From Oopsacas minuta (taxonomy: Eukaryota; Animalia; Porifera), in contig JAKMXF010000306.1 of the NCBI GenBank assembly GCA_024704765.1, positions 186,001-250,000 of the forward strand: DNA of 64,000 nucleotides, read 5' to 3'. Position 1 is the stretch's first letter, and each line of letters starts with the position of its first letter. This document shows positions 24,824-37,504 of this stretch, piece by piece. A program made the translations under genes and the position numbers. The notes below the pieces were generated by a model. It saw only the letters and a program-made list of their open reading frames with translations. It was not told the origin of the DNA and did no database searches.

Positions 24824-26536
24824 TTATATGTTAGGAGACTCAAGACAATTGTGACAATAAAAGTTATCGATGTCTTTGTCAATATCTTCAAGTCCTACAC
24901 ATGGTTTGTGGAACCATTTAAGACATTTGGGACATTCAACCATATTTTTTGACGCGCAACTGGATAGATGACACAAACACCATAACTTTATCTTTAAATC
25001 TGTCCCTAGATTTGTAGTCAGGGGAGATAGTAATACTATGCTTTCTAACTTAGGAAAGGGTGCTAAAATTCCGCTGTTGAAACTATCAGTTAGGTGAGAT
25101 CTCATTCTTGACTGTTTCCAGTATACTTGGGTTGGGTCGCCTCCCATTGCTATTGTCAAACAGACTGCAGCTGCAAATAAACCACAATCCGCCCCACCTC
25201 TTTGCTGTTGAATAGGAGCAAGGGCGACTTTCAGCTCATGATCAGCATCATTCCCATATAGAAAGTCCAATTGCACAGCTAATTCACCAGATATTCTCCC
25301 AGTAGATAACGAATCATATAAAGGTACATGCCCTTCAACATCAATACTGGAGCAAACCCAGTGAAGTGCACCATCGTGATGCAGCTGTATACTAAGACGA
25401 GGAGCTTTGACGAATTGACGATTCTAAGAATTAATTGAATATCAAATATTGATTACAATTGAAAAATTTAAACCGAGAAACTCACTTCGGAGAGAATAGT
25501 ATCCTGAAGTCCCTGTAAATGTGGGAAATTCTTCTTCAGTAATGTCTACAAGTACATATATGATATGAGAACATTTTCTAACAAAATGGATTGAATTTCA
25601 ATGTACAATAAACTTAGACAGAATGCATTAATGGTGGTGCCTGTTAGAAAAGTATTACACTTGACAATTCAGAAATTGACAAGTTTTTCTCATTTAAACT
25701 AATGGGAGGAGTGATTATTTGAATAAGATCCAATGGTTTAACTCCGAGTAATGTCACCAGACTGGATGTTGGGATGGGTGTTTGAGGATCTGAAATAGGT
25801 TTGTTCGAAGCGATAACGGGTTGCTGAAAAAACTCATCGAAGGAATCATCACTAGTATCTACATCAGATTCTTGGTGTACTACATCTCTAGTGAAATCAA
25901 GAGGAGATCTAGATCGGTCACGATAGATATCATGTCGCGATGTTTGAGAAGAGCTTGGAGACTTCTAAGATTGAGGGCGAACTGAAACTCGCGCTTTCAT
26001 AGAGTAATCCTTATATGATTCTATTATCATACGCAGATGAATCTTACATGCGCTTTTTATGTTTTCGAAAGGGACTCTTTCGGGCCAATAAGGTGGTTTG
26101 AGAGAAGGATCATTCCAAAAAAACATACCGTTCCCTAAATTACAGATATATAATCAGTGACCCATATAATTATATAAATTCACACCGTTGACTTACCAGT
26201 TGACACTTTTATAATCGCAGAAACAAGTCTTCGCAGTCCCTGTACATTATAGCCAGATATATCTTCATCTAATAGCTTGAGGATTTCGTGATCACGGACA
26301 GGCTTTGATAACGCCGACGTACTTGTAGATATTTGGTTAGTCAGTAGAGTTCTTGCTATTTCATCGCTATTCCTAGTGATATAGGTTTGAAATTTTTCTG
26401 GACCCAAAGAGCCAAGCTTTCCATGCCATGAAAATACAGCTCCGGCATATTCACCCGTTACTGAACGAAACTCAGACAATATGTCTGTCAGTACCATTTT
26501 AGCATTAGTCTTTGTCAATTTGGGTATCTTTGGCAT
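24824..26536 (-). CDS. Multi-exon gene encoding a Ulp1/SENP-like (C48) protease and a C-terminal PHD finger; may be partly decayed
   Basis: Catalytic motifs LHWV, YDSL and QQQRGGADCG appear in order, followed by CLC...VECPKCLKWFHKPCVG...YCHNC. The first exon is probably ORF 26180-26536, ending at a GTAAGT donor. Exon structure is approximate. Confidence 0.72.
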
Positions 26537-26753
26537 TTTGGCTAATCAAGGGTACAGAATGGGAAATCAAGAGGAAACGCTCATTGAGTAAAGTATAAAG
26601 TTAATTGAGAAACATATTTAGGGATTTTGCTAATAAAGGAAGTAGAAATAAGTAACAAAACTCAAAAATAAATATCAGTACCTGCGAATTTATTTACACT
26701 ATAATAGGACGTAATTTGAGAGCCTACATCTTTCTAAAATTCCAATTATATAT

Positions 26754-26786
26754 TAATGCAGCGCATGCGTTACTCATTATTAAATA
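26754..26786. promoter_or_regulatory. Partner of the 14432-14463 motif, upstream of the Ulp1-PHD gene
   Basis: TAATGCAGCGCATGCGTTACTCATTATTAAATA versus TAATGTAGCGCATGCGCTACTCACCTTTAAATA. Confidence 0.45.
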
Positions 26787-27046
26787 TATGCCCAAATATA
26801 ACTTCTATTCCATGATATAAATACGAAAACCAAATTTTGTACACATTGGGGCACTTTTACTCTGCCGTCTGCGGCAGGCTGTAGACTTATTCACATTTCA
26901 AAAGTCCCCATTTTACAAGTTTAATTTATTAAGTGTATCCTTCTGTAAAATTTCCTTTCTTCTTTCAATAATCTAAATTGTGAAATTACCCTATTATTGA
27001 GGTTATTTACCTCTTCCTTGTGCAGTTTGTTTGTTCCTTTGTAGTT

Positions 27047-27243
27047 ATTCTTGATTAATCGTAGCTATTCTATGGGAGATAAATCGCATTTTCTACCTGG
27101 TAACTGTATTCCTGTCAAATTTTCACATGGCTTTGACCTTGGTCATTCTTATCTATCGCCTTATCCTATTATTTCTTCGCTTCAAGCTGGTTCGAAATCT
27201 AGTCTTACAGTATATAATTATGATTCTGTTTATGTATTCACAG
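27047..27243 (+). other. Possible coding exon of an unidentified gene
   Basis: Open frame (ORF 27051-27311) between TTGTAG and CAG|GT; no recognisable motif. Confidence 0.25.
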
Positions 27244-27399
27244 GTATACAATATACAAAAATATATTCTAATCAATCAGAAAGGATTTCAAGAATTGTAT
27301 TCGTTAGGTAAGTATATTTATGTATCATAGCACTCTATACGTAAGGAAATGGTCCGCTTAATAATTTTCGGACTATGGATTGACTAGTTAATTTATATA

Positions 27400-29240
27400 T
27401 TTGATAGGGAAAATTCTTGTTTCGATAGAATCAAAATGGTGCATTTTCCCCTAATGCATTTATTATTGATATTTAAACTACATAAAGTCTAACTATTTCC
27501 AGGAAGAAATGGAGTCACCTGAATGATTACCAAACAAATTTTTTAACAAAAAATGCGCCAATTTAAAAGCACTGTAAATAAATAACTATGGCCTCCACAG
27601 CTACAAAATTTGCATTTTCTTCCAGGGGAGTTTCATAAAAAGTATAATAATTTCGTCATGATAAAGTTGTCACCTTTTAGAATTTTTGTAGTGACCATGG
27701 ATGGCATATTTTGACCTATCTTTACATATTAATTGACAAGCTTTGTAGATATGGCCAAATCTTCTTGCAAACTGGTTCTATCTAACCATCTTCCCATACC
27801 CTGATTATACATGTTTATGTCATATCTCCTACCATTATCACGTAATCATTAATTTTGTGCTATATTGTCATTTACAAGATTACGTCTTAATGGTCTGAGA
27901 TATGACGTCAAAATGTATTACCAGGCTATGGGACGTTGAGTATTTAGAACCTGTTTGGAATACTATTTGTCTATATCTATAAAGGTTGATAAGTTGTAAG
28001 TAATGAGAAGCCAAAATATGCTATCCATGTTCACATAATGATTCTAAATCGTGACGAAATTATTATTCTTTTTATGAACACTCCTCCCTTAAACAAAATG
28101 TTAATTTGTAGCTCTGAGGACCATAGTTATTTCTTTACATTGATTACAAAATATTGTACCTTGTTAACAAGATTGCTTCGTAAGCATTCAAATGTCAGTC
28201 ATTTTGACACGGAAAGAGATTTTGGCTACGAACCTTGTGTATTGGTAAGTACATTGGAAGTCTTTTTCCTCCTAAAATGCACAGTAAAAGAGGAAAATGA
28301 GAATCAAAGGCTTCGGGCAGGTAAATCCCTGCGGAAATTCCTCGGATTTCTACCGTATCAATTATACTTTTATTCGGGGAATATAAACCATTTTGATATT
28401 ATAGAAACAAATAGACTTTCGTATTTTAATAACATTTATTCAATATTTTACCCCTTGTCCAAAAATTATTTAGCGCACCATTACCTTATTTATAGAATGC
28501 TATGGTTGTTTTCGAAACACCCAGATTATCGCCATGACATCAAGTTAATGTGTCTACATATTATATATTTTCGTAAGTTGATTGTACCAAATTTGGATAT
28601 ACTTCCATTTCACATTCATTTTACCATAGTATACCTTCACTCTACCTGAATTTACCTTCATTTTATCTCAATATACCTTGATTATACCTCAAAAAATGTA
28701 TGTAAAGTGTGTAATTATTACAAATATTTTATAATTTTGTCATTATACCTCACAAATTTAGGTATTTCGTTTGGGTATACCTTGGTATACCTATAGAATG
28801 CAAATACACTAATGCAATGGTACTAGCTAAATTTTCAGAATAAAACATAGATTAACCGATTATGAGATTATTAATCTGGACTTTATCTCACTATAATGCA
28901 CTTATGGCGTAATGAATGTATTAGATACCTGTAGAAATACATCATCATTCCTTAAAATCAAAATTTTTGTTAAAATATGGCAAATGTTTGAGTGTTGTAA
29001 TCAGTAATTCAGCGAATTGTCAAAATATGCGCTAATATTTGAAATTATTGTAGAATCACGATAGCCATTATGGTACACATCCGACTTCCCATACCCTTAT
29101 ATAATACATTTTGATTGATAACTTTTACCAATGTGACGTAATCGTGAATATGCCCATTTTCAATATTTCACAATTACCTTCAAGGATAGCATGCTAAAAT
29201 GTATTATCAGGGTATGGGAAGTCGGATTTAAATGTCCTTC
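27400..29240. repeat. Degenerate AT-rich repeat family with ~150-bp inverted-repeat modules
   Basis: 17-bp perfect IR ATCCGACTTCCCATACC/GGTATGGGAAGTCGGAT at 29079-29227, a looser copy at 27790-27935, and a half copy at 58106-58135. Confidence 0.5.
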
Positions 29241-29364
29241 CTGATTTTACAATAACTTCCATTATTATTATTATATTAAACCTCCTACCACAATTGGCGC
29301 CTAGTATATTACATACCAAACCTTAATACAATTTCTATGGGGAAAAATATGTAAAGTGCCACAA

Positions 29365-32300
29365 CACAGTGGCTTGAAGTGGCTATCCGTAGGCTTTAGG
29401 GTCTTGGGTACATTTAAAGTGCATACAATGTATCATGCACCTCTGGGTTATTGCATATAACCTGTTGATTAACAGCAAAATCTTTTGGTATGGCTTCTAT
29501 TTTTTTAGTTATGATGACGTAATCACAATTTGTGAAACATATAAACCAGCGTAAAATCTATCTAGGTTGAGTTAGGGGTATATAGTCTATTATTTACTTA
29601 TGGGTTAATCACGATTTAGAGTAGATTGACCAGATTGAGTATTTTATGTGGATTCTATTTTTCTTGCTATGATGACGTAAGCAAAATTACAAATTTGAAT
29701 TCCGGAATTATCTGTGTTAATTGAGTTATTTAGATGAAGTGTTCACACAAAATTATGTACCAAGAGATTTAGATTATCAAAGTAACGTTCTTTTTGCTGT
29801 ATTCTTACGGCAATGGCAAATTTATCTCGAAACGAAAATAACTGAATTTTGAAATTTGTCGGGTAACTTGAGCGCTATATTTTTTTTAATAACTGACTGT
29901 TAGTTTTCCATTAAATATAAATTTAAATATTGTAGCTTTATTGCGATCCAAGTGTATCGTGCTGGCATGGACTCCTCACGGGTCTCTCAGAAAATCATAT
30001 TGATCGAAAAAACGAGGTCCTTGAGATTTTTCATGATTCTTGTGTAGAATTTTGCGTAGAATCCGATTCTGTTGTCAAAAAAATATTTCCCGCACAAATT
30101 TTTTCGATAAATTTATTTTTTTGTAAAAAAATAATTTTTTACAATTCGAATATTTTAGATTCTCATCATGACAGCGATGGCAGATGCATCACCATTGGCA
30201 ATCAGATATTATTATGATATGCTTAGACATTGTTGTTTACATCTGCATGCACTTAGAATTTTCAATAGTATTGCGGTTTTATTCTATTCTATTATGTCAT
30301 TCATTTTTCTGTATGGTATCAGGTTCGAATAGTTTAACAATAGTAACAATAGTTTGATTGCACGTCATTAATCACCTAATCGAGTCCTTTGAATACTTTT
30401 AAGTAGTTTCCATTCAGTGATAATTAGTAATTAAAGGTGTTTAACGAATATCTGTTTGCATAGAAAAACTATTTAAAGAATGCTTGTACTCATTTTCTAT
30501 ATAATTTTTCTGATACATAATTGTTCTGATATCTATTTCTACTGTTGGTATTTATGAGTAAGCACGAGTCTGCAAAAGACAAAATTTGTCGTTGGTGTTG
30601 TATTAAAGTTGGGAAGATAACTATTAAAAACAATAGCCTTATTTCTACTCATTTGGGTGAGCAATATTCGAAGTTTTTCGAGTCAATCGATCCGATGGAC
30701 GATAATCGGCCAAATGTTTTGTGCAATACTTGCAAGCTCTATTTGGTTAATCGATCAATGCATGATGATACTTCAAGGGAAATTCCTGTTCGATTCAATT
30801 GGCCAATTATACGAAATACTCGCTTGAATACGTGTAGTTCAGTCAATACCTGTGTAATGTGCATGGAAAGTTCGAGATTTGGACCTAGAAATCGTGCTTC
30901 TTTGCAAATTCTCCACGAAAAACCTGGACGTCCTGCGATCAACTCTCCCAAAAAGGTTCTTAACCTTTGTAGTAAGTGTTTAAACACAATAAGTCCCGGA
31001 TTTCCGCATACTTGCTCAAAAACTTCTTTGGTAAATAATAGCCAATTTTTGTTAGCACGAAAACGTTCTATTGAACCTGTCGTATGTTCCGAAATCTTAC
31101 GAAAATTCCGCAGTGCAAGTGAGGACTCGCGTATAACGTACCTAGACCATCGGGAGGCCATCCAATTCATATGCTTCCTGGTAATTTGGACCAGTTACCT
31201 CAACACAAAATGCCCAAAATGGATTTCTCTGACATCGCACAGATAAAATGCACTGGCGGAGCAATGAGTAACAAGCAACTAAAAGCTGTAACCAAAGTAA
31301 TAAGGGATGCTGGCGTGGCCTGTCCATCAATGAAGGACTACTACGACGAACGGAAACAATATTGTGATGATATATTCGAATGCGTCCAATTAGATCTGGA
31401 ATGGAGCAAAGAGAAGTATTCCTCTGATATCAGAAAGACTTGGGTCGTACGCTGTTGCAACATCGACAAACTGATAGAAAAAGTCTACAACATTAGCGGA
31501 GAATCTTCAGTTTACAGTTTCAATTTTAAGCTTGGCCTTGATTATGGTTGTGGGTTCACTAAGCTTGTCATGTGTCTACAACTGGGAAATTCTGTGCGAA
31601 ATCTAATCTTCTTATGGGTATCAAGTGCTCCTGAAAATAATTACAATTTTCTATAATACTGAATGCCCCGGAAATTCAAAAGTTTATTCATGAGTACAAC
31701 GTATCTTTTACCTTTGATCTCAAAGCCGCTGCTCTCTGTCTGGGTATTATGCTTGGACGTTACCCATGCATTTGGTGTGTATGGGATGCTAAAAGTGGAT
31801 TGGATCATGTCGAATTCAAATCAAGATCATCAGCACATCATGCAGAGATGTACCAAAATTGTGTGAAGAATATAACTCCGACTCAAAGAATCATGCGATT
31901 GACTGTGATGGTGTAGAAGATATGGAGGCTCTTGGTGTATGGATGGTTGACTACATGCAGATGTTCAATATTCCCGAGTTACATCTTTTGTTAGGGGTTG
32001 GTCAGAAGTTGTACAATGCGATCGTGGCTACAATGTCTGAAGAAGAGTTAGTTACACATGAATTATTACTGAAGCACAATAACATATCTCGAGGTTCTTA
32101 CCATGGAGGCGCATTTGAAGGTAATGCAATGCGGAAAATTACATTGATGGTTGAGCAGATTGGTTTTCCAATTAGCAACTCATCCAGCATTGCTTTAAAG
32201 CGATTTTCAGAGGTAGTGAGGACATGTTTTGGGCAAAAGATACAAGGTGATTACAAACTGGCGATATTTCAATTTGAAGAAGCATTCAAATTAACTGGGC

Positions 32301-35300
32301 TGAATTGTTCAACAAAAGTCCATATAGTGTGCAGACATGTTATCCCATTTATCACCAAATTCCTTCCAGTTGGTATGGGATTGGGCGCCGTTTCAGAACA
32401 GGCAGCTGAATCAGCTCATTCTCGATTCATCAAAGTTTGGAGAAATTATCAATGTAGCGAGTCTCTAGAAAATTAGGGCGAAAACCTACTAAATGCTGTC
32501 AAGGAAATTAATTTCGTTAATTTTATAAGTACTTAATTTATTCTATATGTGACTGATGGATGTATTATATTCAATGTATGAGTGATAACGATGATTCTAA
32601 TATGATAAATTAGCAACCCGACAACATATAAAAATGGGAATTAAAAAAATTTTTTTTTTTACAAAAAAATATAAAATAACTCAAAAATTTGTGTGAGAAA
32701 TATTTTTTTGGCAACAGAATCGGATTCTACGCAAAATTCTACACAAGAATCATGAAAAATCTCAAGAACCTCGTTTTTCGATCAATATGATTTTCTGAGA
32801 GACCCGTGTCCTCAATTGCGTCGCCTTTTCTGCAATACTCTTCAGATGGATAAGTGGTACTTAACGTATTCGCTACTGGGGATATCCACTTGCGGGTTGC
32901 GTTTCCATTATCTAGCCTCTCCATGATTAGGATTGCGCTGCCTGGATAGCCTCAGACTGACGTCCCTTCAAGGTTCGATGTACCCTGCCTTTGACCGCTT
33001 TGAAAACTATTTGTATGGATGTTGAAGAATGAATGCAAGATGCTACTCAAAAATTAACTAACTAAATAATTTGTCTTGATCGTTAGTCTGGTGACGCAAT
33101 TTGTACATTTCTGCCTGCAGGTGTGTCCGATTTCTCCACATTCCATACACTTAAGAACATTGCCAAAATCTCTCAGAACTGGATCGCTTTGGCACAAGAG
33201 ACGGGTACATATATCTCTGGAATTAGTTGTGAATGAAATTTTCCTCGCAGATGTTCACGATGTCTTCGGATTTATTTCTTACAAGCATCCACTGGTTCTT
33301 CAGAGAATTTCTTCAATCCATATCCTCCATTACGATCTCGAATTAGTTCAGTGCATGATCACAGTTGAAGATGTGTGATAGAACTCAGATTACTATGCAA
33401 AGTACTAGTTGGATCTCTCATATTTCTGAAATCAAATTGCAAACCCAATAAAGTTTATTTTTATTGAGAGGACACTGTCTGCCATATTTCCAGTAGTAGT
33501 TGTTCCTCCATCACTGGATGGTTGATCGATTCTAAGCCCTTCTTTTCGCTAAAGTACTCCCGGGCATATTTATTGCAACCTATATCACTCTAGAGATTGC
33601 TAACCATTTAAATGTACCTGAACGCATGTGGTAAATAGAAGCATGAACCAAGGGAAGTCACAAGTGTAAATATGTAGTGGAGCATGCTGGGATTATGTCC
33701 ATCTCTAATGTCGGTTCTTGTGGTAAACCACAATGATCTTTTGAGGTAGTAATAAATACTTTTCTCTCTCCCCATTGAGAATATTTCCTCTACTGAAGTT
33801 ATGGTCCTGTTCATAGGAAATCCTGATCAGACAAGTTTTAAATCTTTCAATTCTGCAAAACTTGCAGTACAAAGTTGACCACTTGCACCAACTGCTCCAC
33901 TCAGGATACCGGACATTTCCCATACCTTGTATGAAGAATTTTAACTCTAACTTTACCATATGGTAGCTCCAGTCCGTCTTTTTCAATAGTAGTCACTTCA
34001 GGATTAATCATGAGATCCATTAAGTATTGGTATTGATATGACACAAAATGGAGAATTAGGAATTTGGTTCGACCAATGGGCATTTCCATCAGAATCATAA
34101 TTGATAGCATCTTGAAGGCAATGAGAATGAAATTTTTTGTATTGAACTTTGGGTTCCCATCGAATTGGTTGTAAATTTTATGACAACCCGAACCATCCAA
34201 TCCATCGGCGATGGTAAGTTCTAACGAATATTTTAGACCATCGGGAGATACGTTAGATTTGAGTAATCGTAAAGTTGTCTGTTGTAAGATCGATTTTATG
34301 AGATACCAATTCCTATTTTAGCTTGATCATTGTTCCGAATTGCAATAATCTCAAATGATGCTATCATGGTGGCACGATAATCAGCCACGTTGTTGTGTGG
34401 GGGATATAATATTTTCTGATTTAGATAATTCCTCATGCTTGTGTACTTGCGTTTACCAATCTCAAGAAAATCTAACAAGAACACAGATTTGTCAATCGGC
34501 GATCGCTTGACACTACCAGCAAATATCCCATTGGCAAGAAGGTCTTTATATGAATTAGCTGTTCGTTGGTCGTTAGCTTCATTAGAGATTAGTTGGGGAG
34601 CATATGTAGCTATTGTTTTACCATAAACCTTTTTCAATTTCAGCAATAATAGCGATTAAATCCGAAAGTGGCTTTAATCTACATCTGAGAACCCAAAAGT
34701 GCAAATTCAGGCAGAGGTTTTCTTGACTTCTTCGCAAGGTCAACTGCAAAAACAATTTACTCTTCTCCAATACTACGTTTCTTTGTGGGACTGGGGGGTT
34801 GAGTAGAATATAACAGGAGTGATTGCCATGTAGATAGATCATTACGTTTACAGAAATCATTACGTTGAGACTCCAATTCGCTGAATCATCTCCGAATTGA
34901 CGAGAATTCCTGAAATCGCCATCTGAAAGATCAAATATCTGGATGAAGGAATCGACTGCCGTTCTCATTGACGGTTGAGAAAGAAGAAAATCAAATGCTC
35001 CTGGTTATTCATTTAGAATTTAAAATATTTGCTAGAAATTTGGTAAATAAAAGTAGTATAATATGAATTGCTGATATTCTGAAATTCTTAAAATTAACGG
35101 GCCGCTCTATTAAAAATACTTGGTGTTCATTTGCGGGAGGTTGCGGGAGGTTGCGGGAGGCTGGATTTAGTTCTAAATTACAGATAATATCATGACAAAT
35201 CACCCTAAAACTTGATATTACCTGGCCACGACTGGCCACAGTGAGTTTGAGGGGTAATTGAACCAAGGTATAATGTGTCCGGACACACTATATGACGTCA

Positions 35301-35649
35301 AAATTAACTGAACCATGGAGAAAATATTCAAAGTGAAATACTTAGCTCTTATCATAATGAGAAGATTATATTCTGAACTAATAATAGGTGAAAACTTAGA
35401 GCTGTCATTCTAATGAGTATTTTTGGATAGAGAGAATTATATGCCTATGTGTAAACATAAAATAGAGATGAATAATGAATTCAATTATAACCATCCACTA
35501 AGCATGACATTTGATAACAAAGTAATAAGAATTTTACAAATAAAATTATGATTCCCAGGTTTCAGACTATGGTGAATTTAATGGTAACATTTTCGAAAGC
35601 TTATGGGATGATGAATAATTCGCTCTAAAGCATATAGTGAAGCCATGTG
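29365..35649 (-). mobile_element. Transib (RAG1-core-like) element, near full length, degenerate, with a nested Chapaev
   Basis: CACAGTGG at 29365 and a degenerate CACA-TGG end at 35649. Transposase fragments 35012 to ~33070 include DGLDGSGCHKIYNQ, LSGAVGASGQLCT, SEEPVDACKK*IRRHREHL and CMECGEIGHTCRQKC. No TSD was found for this copy. Confidence 0.8.
29977..32808 (+). mobile_element. Chapaev DNA transposon, 2832 bp, frameshifted transposase
   Basis: ~160-bp TIRs starting CACGGGTCTCTCAG with 4-bp TSD TCCT. N-terminal H-x7-C-x2-C (HESAKDKICRWC) and RPNVLCNTC; core GLDYGCGFTK, PELHLLLG, YHGGAFEGN, KVHIVCRH and SEQAAESAH. Confidence 0.85.
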
Positions 35650-35681
35650 TCAGATGAAAAATCGTGACCTTCAGTGCACAC

Positions 35682-37062
35682 CAGTGGTGTTTTACCAAAA
35701 AAGAAGTGGCGGGCGCTCTCTTTTCAAATTTAGCATTTTCTTAGAAAACAGGTGAAAACGGCCCCCAATAATGAATTGGGGGCGCCATACCTCCCTCCCG
35801 CGCGCTCCCTCCAAAATACCACTGATTGTTGTTATATATAAATTCGCCCAATCTTTTAACTTCCATTTCCAAAGTCTGACAGCATTCTCTTAGTCCCTTT
35901 GATTTTTTGGTGAACGACTGTAAAATGAATACAATTTGTCGAAGAAATGTTGAATATGATTAATAGCTGTCACTTCATTAATTGTATCATGAATAGAAAT
36001 TTCTAATCGATGGTTTAAACAATGCCACACAATGACTTTAGGATACTTTTCAATTAACTACCGATATTTTCCCCATTTAATGTCTGTAGTTCATTTAGAT
36101 CTGGGTGATCTGAATAAGGTTTGTCATTTTTCGCAATATAATACGCTGTAAGGATCACCTTTTGTGTAAGTTCAATACGAGATGCATTCATTACATCAAC
36201 TCTCTTTTCTAATCTTTCCATAGTTGCTTCTTCCAAAATTTGTTTAGCCGAACTATGGGCATTTGATAACAAATGTTTTGATATCTTTTTTCTAATACTT
36301 TTTAACATTGCAGGTTTGGAATTTCCTGAGTAATACACTGTGCATTTGGGTCAATTTTAGAGATTGAACTTCCTTGAGTTTTTTAATGCCCAATAATGAC
36401 ACCTTCTTACATAGGGAACAGCCTAATTTACCTTTGTGACATATCAACCAAGGGTATGTAGTAGTTTTTTTAAACCATTGATCAGCTGGATAAATATTTG
36501 GAAAATCGATTTATTTAGTACTTTCTTTGGGAATTGAGATGTCAAGAGTTGATTGGCTTATACTGTGAGAAATATTCGCAGGTAATTCTGTTATGCTTGA
36601 TTCTCCACTACTATTTGAGCAGGATTTTTCCCCTAATGAAGATCAAACGAAATCCGCGTTCGAAGCTGTTGATGTGAAAAGTGGAGTTTGCGTGAAATCT
36701 AAATTCGATTCTTCGTATACAATTGAACCTGATTTGAGCTGACAGAGATCAGGCCCAACTCTTCTGTATCTTGATGAGTTTTAGTTTTCTTGGGAATTAA
36801 TCATCAATAAAACTGTGCTTATTTTTTATTATAGTTAGAAATCTTAGGAAGAATAAAATATGTAATGGTAAAGAAAATAGATGAGATATTTATGCGAGTG
36901 AAACGTAGTGCTAAAGTGCTAATAAAGCCAATAATATCATAGTAAGTCAGTAAATATAGATAAATTAAGTCCATTAACTGATAAACTCGAGAGTCGGGTG
37001 CTAGAATGAGGCCAAACTTCTTCCAGATTATGTGCCAAGAGCGCCCCCCCAAAACATCACTG
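35682..37062 (-). mobile_element. Non-autonomous hAT element, 1381 bp
   Basis: TIR CAGTG(G/A)TGTTTT with 8-bp TSD GTGCACAC. Transposase N-terminal fragment 36054-36338 reads TAYYIAKNDKPYSDHPDLNELQ. Confidence 0.9.
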
Positions 37063-37504
37063 GTGCACACCTCAGGGGAATTATCTATTCACAATGAAAT
37101 TTCAGCTTTTAATCGATCATTGTTTGTGTGTACCAGCGTCGAAAATATTATTCTATCCAACCATTTCAATGATGGGCGATAATACTATAGCCGGCACAAT
37201 TATAAATATATACACAATCATGTGTCTAAAATATGTTTAATGCCAACCAATGAATTTTATTTTTGGTACATTTACTGTAATTGCTCAAAACTGTATCTAT
37301 AGGGCTCTTAACGTAAGTTTGATGGTCACATTCGCTTTTTCACTTTCGATCGATTAGTTATATAAAGATCACTTCTTGAGGGTATCTAGCACAGAGAGCC
37401 CTATAGTTCACTAAGTGCCAATTTTAACCACTGTGTAGGGATTTGGGGCGCACTTTAATTCCCAAGTGTGGTGTAGGGTCATCTGCTCAGATCAACAAGC
37501 ATTA

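Noticed and set aside
26862-26885. Helitron 3' end (hairpin CTGCCG-TCTG-CGGCAG)
   Set aside because: The stem is only 6 bp, no CTRR follows at the expected distance, and no matching 5' end or Rep/Hel sequence was seen.
28038-28649. 203-aa ORF as a gene
   Set aside because: It has AT-biased composition (F/I/L/Y/K/N rich), no motifs, and lies within a degenerate repeat with ATACCT units.
7672-35649. A second inversion through the identical Transib tracts
   Set aside because: The 7672-10789 copy still has its own matching AAACC TSD, so its flanks were not exchanged.
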